Shown here piece after piece: positions 37,601 to 47,738 of a DNA stretch of 64,000 nt. Made by a program: the position numbers and the translations under genes. Each line of letters opens with the position of its first letter. Positions within the stretch are counted from its first letter, which is position 1. A model generated the notes under the pieces. The model did no database searches and was not told where the DNA came from. It saw only the letters and a list, made by a program, of their open reading frames with translations. The stretch is from an uncultured Thermoplasmata archaeon (GTDB lineage Archaea > Thermoplasmatota > Thermoplasmata > SG8-5): NCBI GenBank assembly GCA_964354755.1, contig CAYHBA010000001.1, positions 320,706 to 384,705 of the forward strand, written 5' to 3'.

Positions 37601-39322
37601 TTGGGATTCAAGAACATAAAAGAACGATTGGAGGGCTCTTACAGGCTCATACGCATCAAACGCATCAAGCTGGGATTCTACGCGCTCGAGCTGATTCTGG
37701 GCCTTGTCCTCGGATCAACCATGGCCGCCTTCCTGGGAGCTGAGTTCGAGCCGTTCTATTTCCCTGTTGATATATTCGTGTTCATCATGCTCATCATGCT
37801 GCTCATCATATCGGCGGAGAACATTTACTTCAACGGCCTGGAGCTCAGGTACACCAAGAACAAGAGCAGGAAGTTCCTTCTGGCCAGGAATGCCATCAGG
37901 GGCTCGATGGCCATAATCGCAGTGAGTGGCATATGCGTGCTTTTACTGATGCTCCCCTACAGCCAGGAAAGGATGGCAGAGATGCATATCGCCGACGGCG
38001 CTGGAGACGTTCAGATAAATCAGAGAAACACCAATACGTCATTCCTCTGCCAGGACCAACTCGGCTTCAGCAGGGCAAAGGCGATTCACATAGAGGTCAG
38101 TGATTCCCATAACCATGTTAGCATAGTTCCGAGCAGCCCCACCGGAACAATCATATGGCAGGCTTCGTCCGAAACCACCTATAATTGGGGCGGCCTGAAG
38201 GACCATTCAGGCATGCAGGATTGGGTTTACATCGTTGTAGAGAACCAACAGGCGCCGGCTCCGATAAATTTCAATTACTCGGTCACAAGCGAGGTGTCGC
38301 CTTTCATCAATGTCTATTTCCCGATAATGGGCCTCTTTTTCATAATAGTGCAATGCGCGGCAATTTCGATAACATATCCCATAAGGGAGACATACGCATC
38401 CTCTTCGATATACAGCAAGAGATATGTCCCGGAGAAAGACACCGGGGAGTACTCGGTCTCGGAAATCAAGCTCTCGAGGAAGGAGAAGGAGGAGGATGAG
38501 GCGCTCTTCGAGAAGACCATCGAGTTTGCGCCACCGCCTGCGCCGAAGCCGGCACGCCCCATGCCCAAAGCGCGCGAGCTGAAAGAGGAACACGCTGAGA
38601 TGGCTCGGGCCAAGGGAAGGGTGGACGACGGCCTGATAGTGGAGCCGGACATTGAATGCTCCAACTGCGGGGAGATGAACTCAGCGCAATCGGCCTTGTG
38701 CTTCTCATGCGGTACGGCACTCAAGGCCAGGGAAAAGGTCGCCGTAGATCCGGCTGCCTATCTGAGGAAAGGCGAGTCCTTTGCCAACGCAGGCAGGTTC
38801 GAAGACGCCTTAGGCTGCTACGATGAAGCCCTGAAGCACGACAGCATGAACGAGAGAACATTGCTGCGCAAGGGCGAGGCACTGCACAAGCTGGGCAAAT
38901 GGGGCAATGCCATCCAGTACGTCAACACGGCGCTGAAGGTCAACCCGAACAATGTCCAGACACTGGTCCTCAAGGCCAAGATTCTGGAAGAGAGGGACAG
39001 GATGGACAAGTCCATCGAGATATACTCCCAGATACTGACACTGGACCCGGAGAACAAATTCGCGAAAGCCAGGATGGAAAGGCTCGGCAGGAAGTTCAAG
39101 GAGGTCGCCGAGGAAGCGGAGTTAGAGAGCGCGGAGGACGTCCTCGAAGCGTTCATGGAGGTGCCGGGAATAGGCCTGGCCCGCGCGACATCGCTCTACG
39201 AGGCCGGGTACACCAGCTTCGGGACGCTGAAGAAGGCCAGCGAAGAGCAGCTGATGCAGGTCAAGGGCATCAGCAGAGGCGTGGCCAAGAAAATCCGTAA
39301 AGGACTGGACGGATTTCAATAG
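37601..39322 (+). CDS. multidomain membrane protein: 4 TM helices with ~110-aa ectodomain, cytoplasmic zinc ribbon, TPR repeats and C-terminal tandem helix-hairpin-helix
   Basis: CSNCGEMNSAQSALCFSCG zinc ribbon; TPR-like YLRKGESFANAGRFEDALGCYDEALKHD...; HhH VPGIGLARATSLYEAGYTSFGTL...VKGISRGVAKKI. Confidence 0.6.
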   Translation: MGFKNIKERLEGSYRLIRIKRIKLGFYALELILGLVLGSTMAAFLGAEFEPFYFPVDIFVFIMLIMLLIISAENIYFNGLELRYTKNKSRKFLLARNAIRGSMAIIAVSGICVLLLMLPYSQERMAEMHIADGAGDVQINQRNTNTSFLCQDQLGFSRAKAIHIEVSDSHNHVSIVPSSPTGTIIWQASSETTYNWGGLKDHSGMQDWVYIVVENQQAPAPINFNYSVTSEVSPFINVYFPIMGLFFIIVQCAAISITYPIRETYASSSIYSKRYVPEKDTGEYSVSEIKLSRKEKEEDEALFEKTIEFAPPPAPKPARPMPKARELKEEHAEMARAKGRVDDGLIVEPDIECSNCGEMNSAQSALCFSCGTALKAREKVAVDPAAYLRKGESFANAGRFEDALGCYDEALKHDSMNERTLLRKGEALHKLGKWGNAIQYVNTALKVNPNNVQTLVLKAKILEERDRMDKSIEIYSQILTLDPENKFAKARMERLGRKFKEVAEEAELESAEDVLEAFMEVPGIGLARATSLYEAGYTSFGTLKKASEEQLMQVKGISRGVAKKIRKGLDGFQ

Positions 39323-39335
39323 CGTTTGACAAGCA

Positions 39336-39585
39336 GCATGCCCCGCCTGTATCAGCTTATTTTTACGCAAGGGCGGGGTTTCATATTATTGGCTGCATGG
39401 GTGACAAGGCATTTCAGGCATTATATCAGCCGGTTTGGAAAGCCTCGCCTGAATACAAGCGTTTGGGAGCAGGAGGGCGGGGATGTCGGGTACTCGCCTG
39501 GCTTGTGCTTGCCAGGCGAAACACATTTCATGGCTCTGGCACTGGAGCGTTTTTCTCTAGCTTCTGACGAAGTTTGAGAGAGACG
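39336..39585. repeat. structured non-coding element B (homologous to element C at 55678-55900)
   Basis: Shares gcatgcccc(g/a)c(c/t)tgt, attggctg(c/t)atg(g/a)gtgaca and the 35-nt block gggtactcgcctggcttgtgcttgccaggcgaaac (hairpin cgcctggc/gccaggcg) with element C. Confidence 0.55.
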
Positions 39586-39762
39586 ATTCCGTGCGAACCA
39601 TGCTAGAGATGAGAATATGGATCCCCGCCCTAGAAAATGCGACCAACTGATCAGGCGGGGCTTCGAGGGATTCTGTGCACGCTGTGAAAAGCGCACTCAG
39701 GATGCCACCACATCGAAAACCCCGGGCTTACACCCGGGGCATGCTGGTGAGATAAGCCTTGT

Positions 39763-40602
39763 TCATAGGTCGCCATGGCGGATGCCGTAGAACGCGCAGC
39801 ATCCGCCATGCTCTTCCAGCTTAATTCCCAGGGCCTGCAATCCCCGAACCAGATTCTTGGAAGGCATCGCCACCGCAGCGATGCCCAGCTCCTTCACCAG
39901 CTCCGGGGGGAGAATATCACCCCTCGGCCTCATGCATCCGATACCCAAGGCGGTCTCCCGGGGAAGGATTTCCCTGGCCATCTTCAGGACCTCAACCAGT
40001 CTCTTTCCGGCCAGGGCATCGTTTTCTCCAATCAAGGCGTTTATCACGACAAAGGGGATTTCATGCCTGGCTATGATCTCCAAAGCTTGTTTCTCCCCTG
40101 AATCCCCGCCCCTGTCCAAGCCGGCCGTGATATGGGGCACTACCCTCAGGCCAGTCTGTTTAAAAGTGTCTAGGGCTTTGCCGAAGTATCCGGGCTCCAG
40201 CTCAATCCCGTAAATCCTCTTCACGACCTCAGGGGAGCCGATGATGTCGAATGACACGATGTCGATGCCCTTTCCCCGGAGCTTGGGGATATTGTCCAGA
40301 TGTATGAAGCCCGTATGTATATTTATCGATATATCTATATTTTCTTTTATATTTCTAATAATATCTAAATATTCGAATACAGGAACCTGGCCGGTCGCAT
40401 CGCAGCCCCCGCTTATGAGCATCCCTTTCGCTCCATCCGTTGCGGCTTTTGCCGCAACGGAATGCAGTTGGACCGGGGTGATGGCCGGAGCCATGTGCTT
40501 CAGGTAGCGTGCCCGGCAGTGGGGGCATTGGAGCTGGCAGCGGGGGCCGGTCAAAGAGATTTGGACGAAGTTCTGCGAGGGATTGTAGATTGCGACCATC
40601 AC
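39763..40602 (-). CDS. radical SAM domain protein
   Basis: CQLQCPHC (CxxxCxxC) cluster near the N-terminus followed by a TIM-barrel-like region. Confidence 0.65.
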   Translation of the reverse strand: MMVAIYNPSQNFVQISLTGPRCQLQCPHCRARYLKHMAPAITPVQLHSVAAKAATDGAKGMLISGGCDATGQVPVFEYLDIIRNIKENIDISINIHTGFIHLDNIPKLRGKGIDIVSFDIIGSPEVVKRIYGIELEPGYFGKALDTFKQTGLRVVPHITAGLDRGGDSGEKQALEIIARHEIPFVVINALIGENDALAGKRLVEVLKMAREILPRETALGIGCMRPRGDILPPELVKELGIAAVAMPSKNLVRGLQALGIKLEEHGGCCAFYGIRHGDL

Positions 40603-42326
40603 AATACCCGCTTGAACATTCGCTCCAGCTCCGCATTGGTTATCCGGATTATGGTCGGCCTTCCGTGCGCACAGGTGTAGGGATTCTCAAGGCCGTGCAT
40701 CTCCTCGATTAGCAGGGCCATCCTCTCGTGGCTCAGCTTCTCGCCCGCCTTTATCGCGGAATGGCAGGCCACCAGGTGCATTATCTCTTCCAGCTTTTCC
40801 CCGATGGACTTGGCCTTCCCCATTTCTACCAGCTCGCCAACCAGGTCCCTGAGGCCCTGTTCGGTCTCTATGTGGCCGCCTATTGCGGGGACGGCGCGCA
40901 CCAGGTACGTGTCCTTTCCGAAGGGCTCTATCTTGAACCCCAGGCCCTCGATGACAGGGCGGAAATGCTCCACCAGCTGGGCTTCCTTCTTCCCGAGGCT
41001 CAGCAGGATTGGCGCGATCAGGTTCTGGGCTCCTTTCTTCTCGGGGCGGTTCTTCAGCCTGTCCAGCATGACCCTCTCATGGGCAGCGTGCTGGTCTATT
41101 ATCATGAGGTCTGTGCCGCTCTGGGCCAGTATGTATGTGTCAAGGATCTGGCCTATGACCTTCATGCGGGGGAGCATGCGGCTTCCTGCGACCTCTTTCT
41201 GCTCCTCGGCGGCCTGGAACAGTTCTCTCTGTTCCTGCGCCTTGGCAGGAGATGCTTTGGGGGATTTGGCTTCCCGCTTTTCTGCTTCGGTCACAGGGAA
41301 TAACTCCCTCAGGGTCGGGGCAGGTTCCGGTATGTGCCGGGTATTGCCAAGGGCATCGGCGACCGACTTCGAGACCAGGCAGGCCACCGCCTTCTCTTCC
41401 GAGAACTTCACAGTCCTCTTTGTGGGGTGCACGTTCACGTCCAGCTTTGCAGGGTCTATGTCCAGGAAAAGCACTCCGACAGGATGCCGGTTCCTCATCA
41501 GCAGGCCGGCATAACCGTCTTCGACAGCTTCGGAAACGAATGAGCTGGCCACGGGCCTGGAGTTGACAAAGATGTAAAGCCCGTCCCTTGTGGATCTAGT
41601 GACCGCGGGCTTGGCCAAGAATCCCATGGTCCTGATTCCTCCGGATGACGCCTCGAAGGTCACAATTTCTTTGGCCACGCGCCTGCCCATGACATCGGAG
41701 ATGCGGTCGACCAGGCTCGCAGCCCTGGGGAGGTTCAGCACCTCGATGTCCCCGTTGTGTAGCCTGAAGGATATTCCAGCATTGGCCAGGGCCCTTTCAG
41801 TTACAATCTCGATGATATGGCTGACTTCTACCCTATCTGATTTCAGGTACTTCAGCCTGGCCGGGTGCCCGCCGAACAGGTTTTTCACTGCAATGGATGT
41901 GCCCACCGGTTTTCCGACCTGTTTCACTTCCCCAGGCTTTCCTTTTTTAAATGTCAGCGACCATCCGTTTGCCGAACCCGCGGTTCGGCTGGAGATGAAA
42001 ATGTCTGCCACGGCGGCAATGCTGGACAGCGCCTCGCCCCTGAACCCCAAGGTGCCCAGGCTCTCCAAGTCCCGGATGGTGTTTATCTTGCTGGTTGCAT
42101 GCTGCACAAAGGCCAGCTTCAGCTCGTCCCCAGGGATGCCGCAGCCGTCGTCCAAGACCTCTATCAGTTCTTTACCGGCTTCGGAGACCCTCACCCGAAT
42201 GTCAGTCGCTCCCGCGTCCAGGGAGTTCTCGACCAGCTCCTTCACGACACTGGCAGGGCGTTCGATGACCTCGCCTGCGGCTATTTTATTCACCGTCGAT
42301 TCATCGAGTATCCGGATTCGGCTCAT
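40599..42326 (-). CDS. mutL: DNA mismatch repair protein MutL
   Basis: GHKL ATPase N-terminus (AAGEVIERPASVVKELVENSLDAGAT) and C-terminal endonuclease region. Confidence 0.9.
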   Translation of the reverse strand: MSRIRILDESTVNKIAAGEVIERPASVVKELVENSLDAGATDIRVRVSEAGKELIEVLDDGCGIPGDELKLAFVQHATSKINTIRDLESLGTLGFRGEALSSIAAVADIFISSRTAGSANGWSLTFKKGKPGEVKQVGKPVGTSIAVKNLFGGHPARLKYLKSDRVEVSHIIEIVTERALANAGISFRLHNGDIEVLNLPRAASLVDRISDVMGRRVAKEIVTFEASSGGIRTMGFLAKPAVTRSTRDGLYIFVNSRPVASSFVSEAVEDGYAGLLMRNRHPVGVLFLDIDPAKLDVNVHPTKRTVKFSEEKAVACLVSKSVADALGNTRHIPEPAPTLRELFPVTEAEKREAKSPKASPAKAQEQRELFQAAEEQKEVAGSRMLPRMKVIGQILDTYILAQSGTDLMIIDQHAAHERVMLDRLKNRPEKKGAQNLIAPILLSLGKKEAQLVEHFRPVIEGLGFKIEPFGKDTYLVRAVPAIGGHIETEQGLRDLVGELVEMGKAKSIGEKLEEIMHLVACHSAIKAGEKLSHERMALLIEEMHGLENPYTCAHGRPTIIRITNAELERMFKRVL

Positions 42327-44914
42327 TTCCCCTCCTCCGTTTTGGATTTCAGCTCATGGAGCTTCTGGAGCGCCTGCATCGGGGTCATGTGGTCCACGTC
42401 CAGCTTGTCAAGCTCCTCTTCGAGCGGGTGCCGTATTTTATCTATGTCCTGGAACATGACGAGCTGCGTGTAGGTCTTGCTCTTCTTCTTCGACTTAGGG
42501 TCGTTCGAGAGGTCCATCACGGTCTGGTCCTCGATGTCCCTGAGCAGCTTCTTGGCCCGCTCCACGACCTCGGGAGGCATGCCGGCAAGCTTCGCCACCT
42601 GTATGCCGTAGCTCCTGTTCGTGCTTCCGGGGATGACCTTTCTCAGGAAGATGATGTCGTCCTTTTCCTCCTTCACGGCGATGTTGCAGTTCACGACTCC
42701 GTCCAGCAGTTCCTCCAGCTCGTTGAGCTGGTGATAGTGGGTGGCGAATATCGTTTTGGCTCCGACCTTCTTGGAATGCACATACTCGGCCACGGCCCAT
42801 GCGATGCTGAGACCGTCGAATGTGGAGGTTCCGCGGCCCAGTTCATCCAAAAGGATGAGGCTGCGCTTTGTGGCATTCCTCAGAATGTCGGAGACCTGGG
42901 TCATCTCGACCATGAAGGTGCTCTGGCCCCTGGACAGGTCGTCGAAAGCGCCTACGCGCGTGAATATCCTGTCGACAAGCCCCAGCCTGGCAGCCCTCGC
43001 CGGCACGAAGCTGCCCATCTGGGCCATGAGGGAGATGAGCGCTATTTGGCGCATGTATGTGGATTTCCCAGCCATGTTGGGGCCGGTGAGGATAATCACC
43101 CTGTTCCGCTTCATGTCCAGCAGCGTATCGTTCGGAATGAAATTCTCGGAGAGAAGGCTCTCTATCACCGGGTGCCTGCCGTCAGTGATGGATATCACAT
43201 CGGATCCCTCCAGCTTCGGCCGGGTATAGTTCTGGAGGACCGCTGTCTCAGCCAGGGATGCCAGGGCATCCAGTTCGCCGAGCGCCTTTGCAGTCGCCTG
43301 GAGCCTTGAGGATTGGGCCGCCACCTTTTCCCTCAGACTGCAGAAAATGTCGTATTCCAGGGCTGTCGAGCGCTCGTTCGCGGAGAGAATCTGCATCTCC
43401 TTTTCCTTCAGTTCGGGAGTCACATACCTGTCTGCATTGGCCAGGGTCTGCTTCTTCGTGTAATCCGCGGGAACCTTATCCGCCTGGCTCTGGGGGATCT
43501 CAATGAAGTAGCCGAACACCCTGTTGTACTTTATCTTGAGCGTCCTGATGCCTGTCCTGGCCCTCTCGGTCTCCTCAAGGCCGGACATCCATTTCCCGCC
43601 TGTGCGCGCCATGCCCCTCAGCTCGTCAAGCCTGGCATCATAGCCCTCCCGTATCATGCCCCCGTCCCGCACGCCGACGGGCGGTTCGTCGGCAATGGCC
43701 TTCCCTATCTCGCCCGTGAGGTCCTGGCAGGGGTCCATGCTTTGCAGGATGCTCCCGAGCAGTTCAGGAACCTTGCCTTCGAGCGTCCTGGTGATGGGCT
43801 CGACAGCGGCGAGCGTCTCCCCGATGGCCGCGACATCCCTGGCATTGGCGCTTCCGTAAATGCTCCGGGCCAGCAGCCTCTCCAGGTCCCTGACGTTCTC
43901 CAGGTATTCGCGGATATCCGATTTCAGTGCCCTGTCGCCGACGAAAAGCCCGACCGAGTCAAGGCGTTGGTCAATGAGTTTGAGGTCCATCAGTGGCTTG
44001 GCCATCCAGTTCTTCAGCGTCCGGCTGCCCATGGGCGTGAGAGTGCGGTCCATGAGCCCGAACAATGTGCCGGTTCTTCCGCCGTCCCGGATGTTGCCGA
44101 AGAGTTCGAGGTTCCGGAGCGTGACTGAATCAAGCATCATGAAGTCTTTTATCTCGTAGAATCGGACGGACTTAATCTGGCCGACGCTGCCCTTCTGCAT
44201 TTCCTCGAGGTATGCTAGCGTCGCGCCTGCAGCCGTTACCGCGGGCGCAGAATCCGCTATTGCGGATATGTCCGCGATATGGCCGCAAAGAGTCTGCCAG
44301 GCATTTTCTTTGGCGAACTGCCCGGGCGTCCCGAGGGTGACGGAGCACCGGAGCTCGCCCTCCATTATCCGCTCCAGCCCCTTCGGACCGATGTCCGGGG
44401 AAACCAGGCATTCAGAGGGAGAGTACCGGGCAATCTCGTTCCTTAGCTGGCGTTCGGCATTCTCTCCTTCCAGATGGGTGACCAGGAACTCTCCGGTCGA
44501 AATGTCGACCGCGGCAAGGCCGTACCCGGATGCGTGGCCGCTCACCGCGACCAGGAAGTTGTTGGCCTTGCCCTGGAGCATCGAATCCTCCATCACGGTT
44601 CCCGGGGAGACAATCCTGATGACGTCGCGCTTCACGATGCCCTTTGCCTTCTTCGGGTCCTCGACCTGCTCGCATATGGCGACCTTGTACCCGGCTTTGA
44701 CCATCTTGTGGAGGTAAGCATCCAGTGCATGGTAGGGTATGCCGGCCAGCGGCATCTTTTCCCCCCTCACCTTGCCCCGGGTGGTGAGCGTGATGTCCAG
44801 GACCTTGGATGTTATCTTGGCGTCGTCCTCGAATGTCTCGTAGAAATCGCCCATCCTGAAGAAAAGTATCGTGCCGGGATACTCCGATTTGATGCGGTAG
44901 TATTGCTTCATCAA
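42323..44914 (-). CDS. mutS: DNA mismatch repair protein MutS
   Basis: N-terminal mismatch-binding FYETF-type motif (MGDFYETFEDDA) and Walker A GPNMAGKST. Confidence 0.95.
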   Translation of the reverse strand: MMKQYYRIKSEYPGTILFFRMGDFYETFEDDAKITSKVLDITLTTRGKVRGEKMPLAGIPYHALDAYLHKMVKAGYKVAICEQVEDPKKAKGIVKRDVIRIVSPGTVMEDSMLQGKANNFLVAVSGHASGYGLAAVDISTGEFLVTHLEGENAERQLRNEIARYSPSECLVSPDIGPKGLERIMEGELRCSVTLGTPGQFAKENAWQTLCGHIADISAIADSAPAVTAAGATLAYLEEMQKGSVGQIKSVRFYEIKDFMMLDSVTLRNLELFGNIRDGGRTGTLFGLMDRTLTPMGSRTLKNWMAKPLMDLKLIDQRLDSVGLFVGDRALKSDIREYLENVRDLERLLARSIYGSANARDVAAIGETLAAVEPITRTLEGKVPELLGSILQSMDPCQDLTGEIGKAIADEPPVGVRDGGMIREGYDARLDELRGMARTGGKWMSGLEETERARTGIRTLKIKYNRVFGYFIEIPQSQADKVPADYTKKQTLANADRYVTPELKEKEMQILSANERSTALEYDIFCSLREKVAAQSSRLQATAKALGELDALASLAETAVLQNYTRPKLEGSDVISITDGRHPVIESLLSENFIPNDTLLDMKRNRVIILTGPNMAGKSTYMRQIALISLMAQMGSFVPARAARLGLVDRIFTRVGAFDDLSRGQSTFMVEMTQVSDILRNATKRSLILLDELGRGTSTFDGLSIAWAVAEYVHSKKVGAKTIFATHYHQLNELEELLDGVVNCNIAVKEEKDDIIFLRKVIPGSTNRSYGIQVAKLAGMPPEVVERAKKLLRDIEDQTVMDLSNDPKSKKKSKTYTQLVMFQDIDKIRHPLEEELDKLDVDHMTPMQALQKLHELKSKTEEGK

Positions 44915-45028
44915 CGGCGTTTCATCTGGCAGTTCCTCGGCCCCCTGAATACCGGAAATGCAAGCCTAATATTTACATATTGGGGGGATTGGAGAAGGTT
45001 AATATCCCCTTTCGCGGTTTGACCGCGG

Positions 45029-45979
45029 ATGCCTCCGGAACCAGCACCGACCATCGCCTCGAAGAACGTCACCGTCAGCTACGGCCATATCACCGCCCTC
45101 AGGGACTTCTCTGTGAATGTCCCCCCTGGCATAGTCGGCCTGCTGGGCCCCAACGGAGCCGGAAAGAGCACGTTCATAAAGGCCGTCCTCGGGCTTCTTG
45201 TCCCCGACAAGGGCCAGATACGCATCGCTGGCCATGATTCCCAGTCGGAGGGCCTCACCGTCAGAGACATGATCGGCTACATGCCCGAGCACGACTGCCT
45301 CATTGACACGTTCACGGCTGTCGAACTGGTTTCCTACATGGGCCAGATATCAGGGATGAAGAAGAACGACGCAGTGCCCAGATGCCACGAGATGCTGGAC
45401 TTCGTCGGCCTCGGGGAGGAGAGGTACAGACCGATATCCTCCTATTCCACGGGCATGAAGCAGAGGGTGAAGCTTGCCCAGGCCATCGTGCATGACCCCA
45501 AGATTCTGTTCCTGGACGAGCCAACGAATGGCATGGACCCGCAGGGAAGGGAGGACATGCTGAGCCTCATAAAGAAAATCCGGGAATCGGACAAATCCAT
45601 CCTGGTCTCCACACACATCCTGGACGACCTGGAGAAGGTGAGCGACCATGCCATAATAATCGGCGACGGGAGGCTAATCACGCAGGGCGGTATTGAGAAA
45701 TTGCTTGCAGGAAGCGAGAGCCTCAGGGTCGTGAAAGTGAGAGGGGCCAGGGCCAATACGGACAGGTTTATAGTCTCGCTGAAGAAGGCCTTCGAAGTGA
45801 GGTCGATATCGGAGGAAGGGGGTCAGACCTCCGCGGTCATAATCAACATAGGCGACGGGAATCCTGTTTTCAGGCTATGCGGAGAGACAGGGGTCCAGCT
45901 GAGAGCCTATTATCCGGAGAAACCCACTCTCGAGGACTTCTTCATAGGGGCGCTCGGAGGTGATTCGGACGGGAATTGA
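45029..45979 (+). CDS. ABC-2 type transporter ATP-binding protein
   Basis: Walker A GPNGAGKST, signature YSTGMKQRV, Walker B ILFLDEPT. Confidence 0.85.
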   Translation: MPPEPAPTIASKNVTVSYGHITALRDFSVNVPPGIVGLLGPNGAGKSTFIKAVLGLLVPDKGQIRIAGHDSQSEGLTVRDMIGYMPEHDCLIDTFTAVELVSYMGQISGMKKNDAVPRCHEMLDFVGLGEERYRPISSYSTGMKQRVKLAQAIVHDPKILFLDEPTNGMDPQGREDMLSLIKKIRESDKSILVSTHILDDLEKVSDHAIIIGDGRLITQGGIEKLLAGSESLRVVKVRGARANTDRFIVSLKKAFEVRSISEEGGQTSAVIINIGDGNPVFRLCGETGVQLRAYYPEKPTLEDFFIGALGGDSDGN

Positions 45980-46058
45980 TCCGATTCGGTACAGGCCATG
46001 GACCGGCAAGCGCACGGCCAAGCGAGAGAGGATACTGGTCATTTCGAGGACTCTCTTC

Positions 46059-46790
46059 ATGAAGAAGCTGAAATCCAAATGGGTCATTTTGCTCCTGGTC
46101 CTGGGCTATCTCGGAGTGTGGGCGTTCCCAATCATATTCAACTCGCTGACGGCGCACGAGACTCTTGATGGCGCCACCATGTCGGTTCAGATGGGTGATT
46201 CCTTATTCTTCATATTCACTGTGCTTCTTGTATCGCTGGTCTGCTCGGATGCGATTTCTGAGGACCTGAGAAGCAATTCATTCGTACTATATTTCTCGAG
46301 GGCCATTAAGAAAGAGAGTTATCTGGCAGGGAAGATCGGGGGCATATTCATGACACTGGCGCTGTTCTGCCTCATACCGCCAATCATAATGGCCATAGCC
46401 CTACTCGGGACACAGTCGGGATCGAATTACCTGGGCGGCATCGGTGTGCTTGGCCTTACAGTCGTCTCCGGGCTGGTCGCCACACTGTTCCTGATTCCGT
46501 TCAGCCTGATGATTTCGGCATTGACTGATAGGAAGTCATTCGCCGCTGTCGGCACGTTCATGACTTTCTTCGTCCTCAGCATAATAGGCAGCATATTTTC
46601 GGAATTTGAAGCCAACTGGCAGCTGTTGGACCCGGGCAGCCTCCAGGCCTTCTTCTTCAGCTGGCTTTACGGCGAGGGGTTGCCTTCAGGGATAAACGGG
46701 GGACTGGCTGCGGCCATGCTCTGCGCATTTGCAATTGTGCCGCTGGCAATTGTATATTACAGGGTGCACAGGAAGGGGGTGGGCAAGTGA
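46059..46790 (+). CDS. ABC-2 type transporter permease
   Basis: 6 predicted TM helices; track ORF begins at GTG 45960 overlapping the ATPase, ATG 46059 preferred. Confidence 0.6.
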   Translation: MKKLKSKWVILLLVLGYLGVWAFPIIFNSLTAHETLDGATMSVQMGDSLFFIFTVLLVSLVCSDAISEDLRSNSFVLYFSRAIKKESYLAGKIGGIFMTLALFCLIPPIIMAIALLGTQSGSNYLGGIGVLGLTVVSGLVATLFLIPFSLMISALTDRKSFAAVGTFMTFFVLSIIGSIFSEFEANWQLLDPGSLQAFFFSWLYGEGLPSGINGGLAAAMLCAFAIVPLAIVYYRVHRKGVGK

Positions 46791-47737
46791 CCTCAGTCCA
46801 GGCACTGAAGCCACCTGTGATACAGGCAAACTACCTATGCAAATGGTACGGGGATGTGATAGGCCTCAACAACCTGCATCTCACAGTCCTGGAAGGGATA
46901 ACCGGCCTGGTGGGACCGAACGGCGCCGGCAAGAGCACCTTCTTCAAACTGGTGACAGGCACGATAAAATCCAATGCCGGGGACCTTACCGTGATGAGCA
47001 GAAGGCCCTGGGGTAACACAGAGAATCTGGCGTCCATAGGTTTCTGCCCGGACTACGAGTTCCTGCCCCTGGAGATGACTGGCCGGGAGTACCTCAGATT
47101 CCTCGGTGGCCTCCATGCGATGGAAAAAGGCACACTCGAGAAGAGAATCGCCGAGGTCACGGCAATAGTCGGCATGGCCAAGAACCTGGACAGGAAGATG
47201 GGCGGTTACAGCAAGGGCATGAAGCAGCGATTGAAGATCGCGGGCGCGCTCCTGCACAACCCGAAACTCCTGCTGCTGGACGAGCCGCTCAGCGGGCTGG
47301 ACCCTCTGGCAAGAAGGGACCTCATGGCACTGATAGACAAGCTACACAAGGAATACGGGCACACGGTGATTGTAAGCTCGCATGTGCTCCATGACATAGA
47401 AAGGATGACACATAACATCGTTCTCATCTACAAGGGCAGGGCCGTTGCCTCGGGCCAGATTTCCGAGATAAGGAATTTGATAAGCCAGCATCCGCACAAT
47501 ATATTGATTGAAGGAAAAACCTTGGGGGAACTGGCCAAGGCCCTGATGGACCAGTCCTACACCGTGTCTGTGGGCTTCAACAACAGCCGGAATAGTCTCA
47601 CCGTGATGGTGAGCATTCCCGAGGAATTCTTCGATTCCATGCCCGGGCTCGTCGAGAAAACAGGGGCGAAGATAGAGCGCATGTACAGCCAGGACGACAA
47701 CCTGGAATCTGTCTTCAAGTACATGGTGGGGTGGTAG
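46787..47737 (+). CDS. ABC-2 type transporter ATP-binding protein (second copy)
   Basis: Walker A GPNGAGKST, signature YSKGMKQRL, Walker B LLLLDEPLSGLD. Confidence 0.85.
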   Translation: MTSVQALKPPVIQANYLCKWYGDVIGLNNLHLTVLEGITGLVGPNGAGKSTFFKLVTGTIKSNAGDLTVMSRRPWGNTENLASIGFCPDYEFLPLEMTGREYLRFLGGLHAMEKGTLEKRIAEVTAIVGMAKNLDRKMGGYSKGMKQRLKIAGALLHNPKLLLLDEPLSGLDPLARRDLMALIDKLHKEYGHTVIVSSHVLHDIERMTHNIVLIYKGRAVASGQISEIRNLISQHPHNILIEGKTLGELAKALMDQSYTVSVGFNNSRNSLTVMVSIPEEFFDSMPGLVEKTGAKIERMYSQDDNLESVFKYMVGW

Positions 47738-47738
47738 G

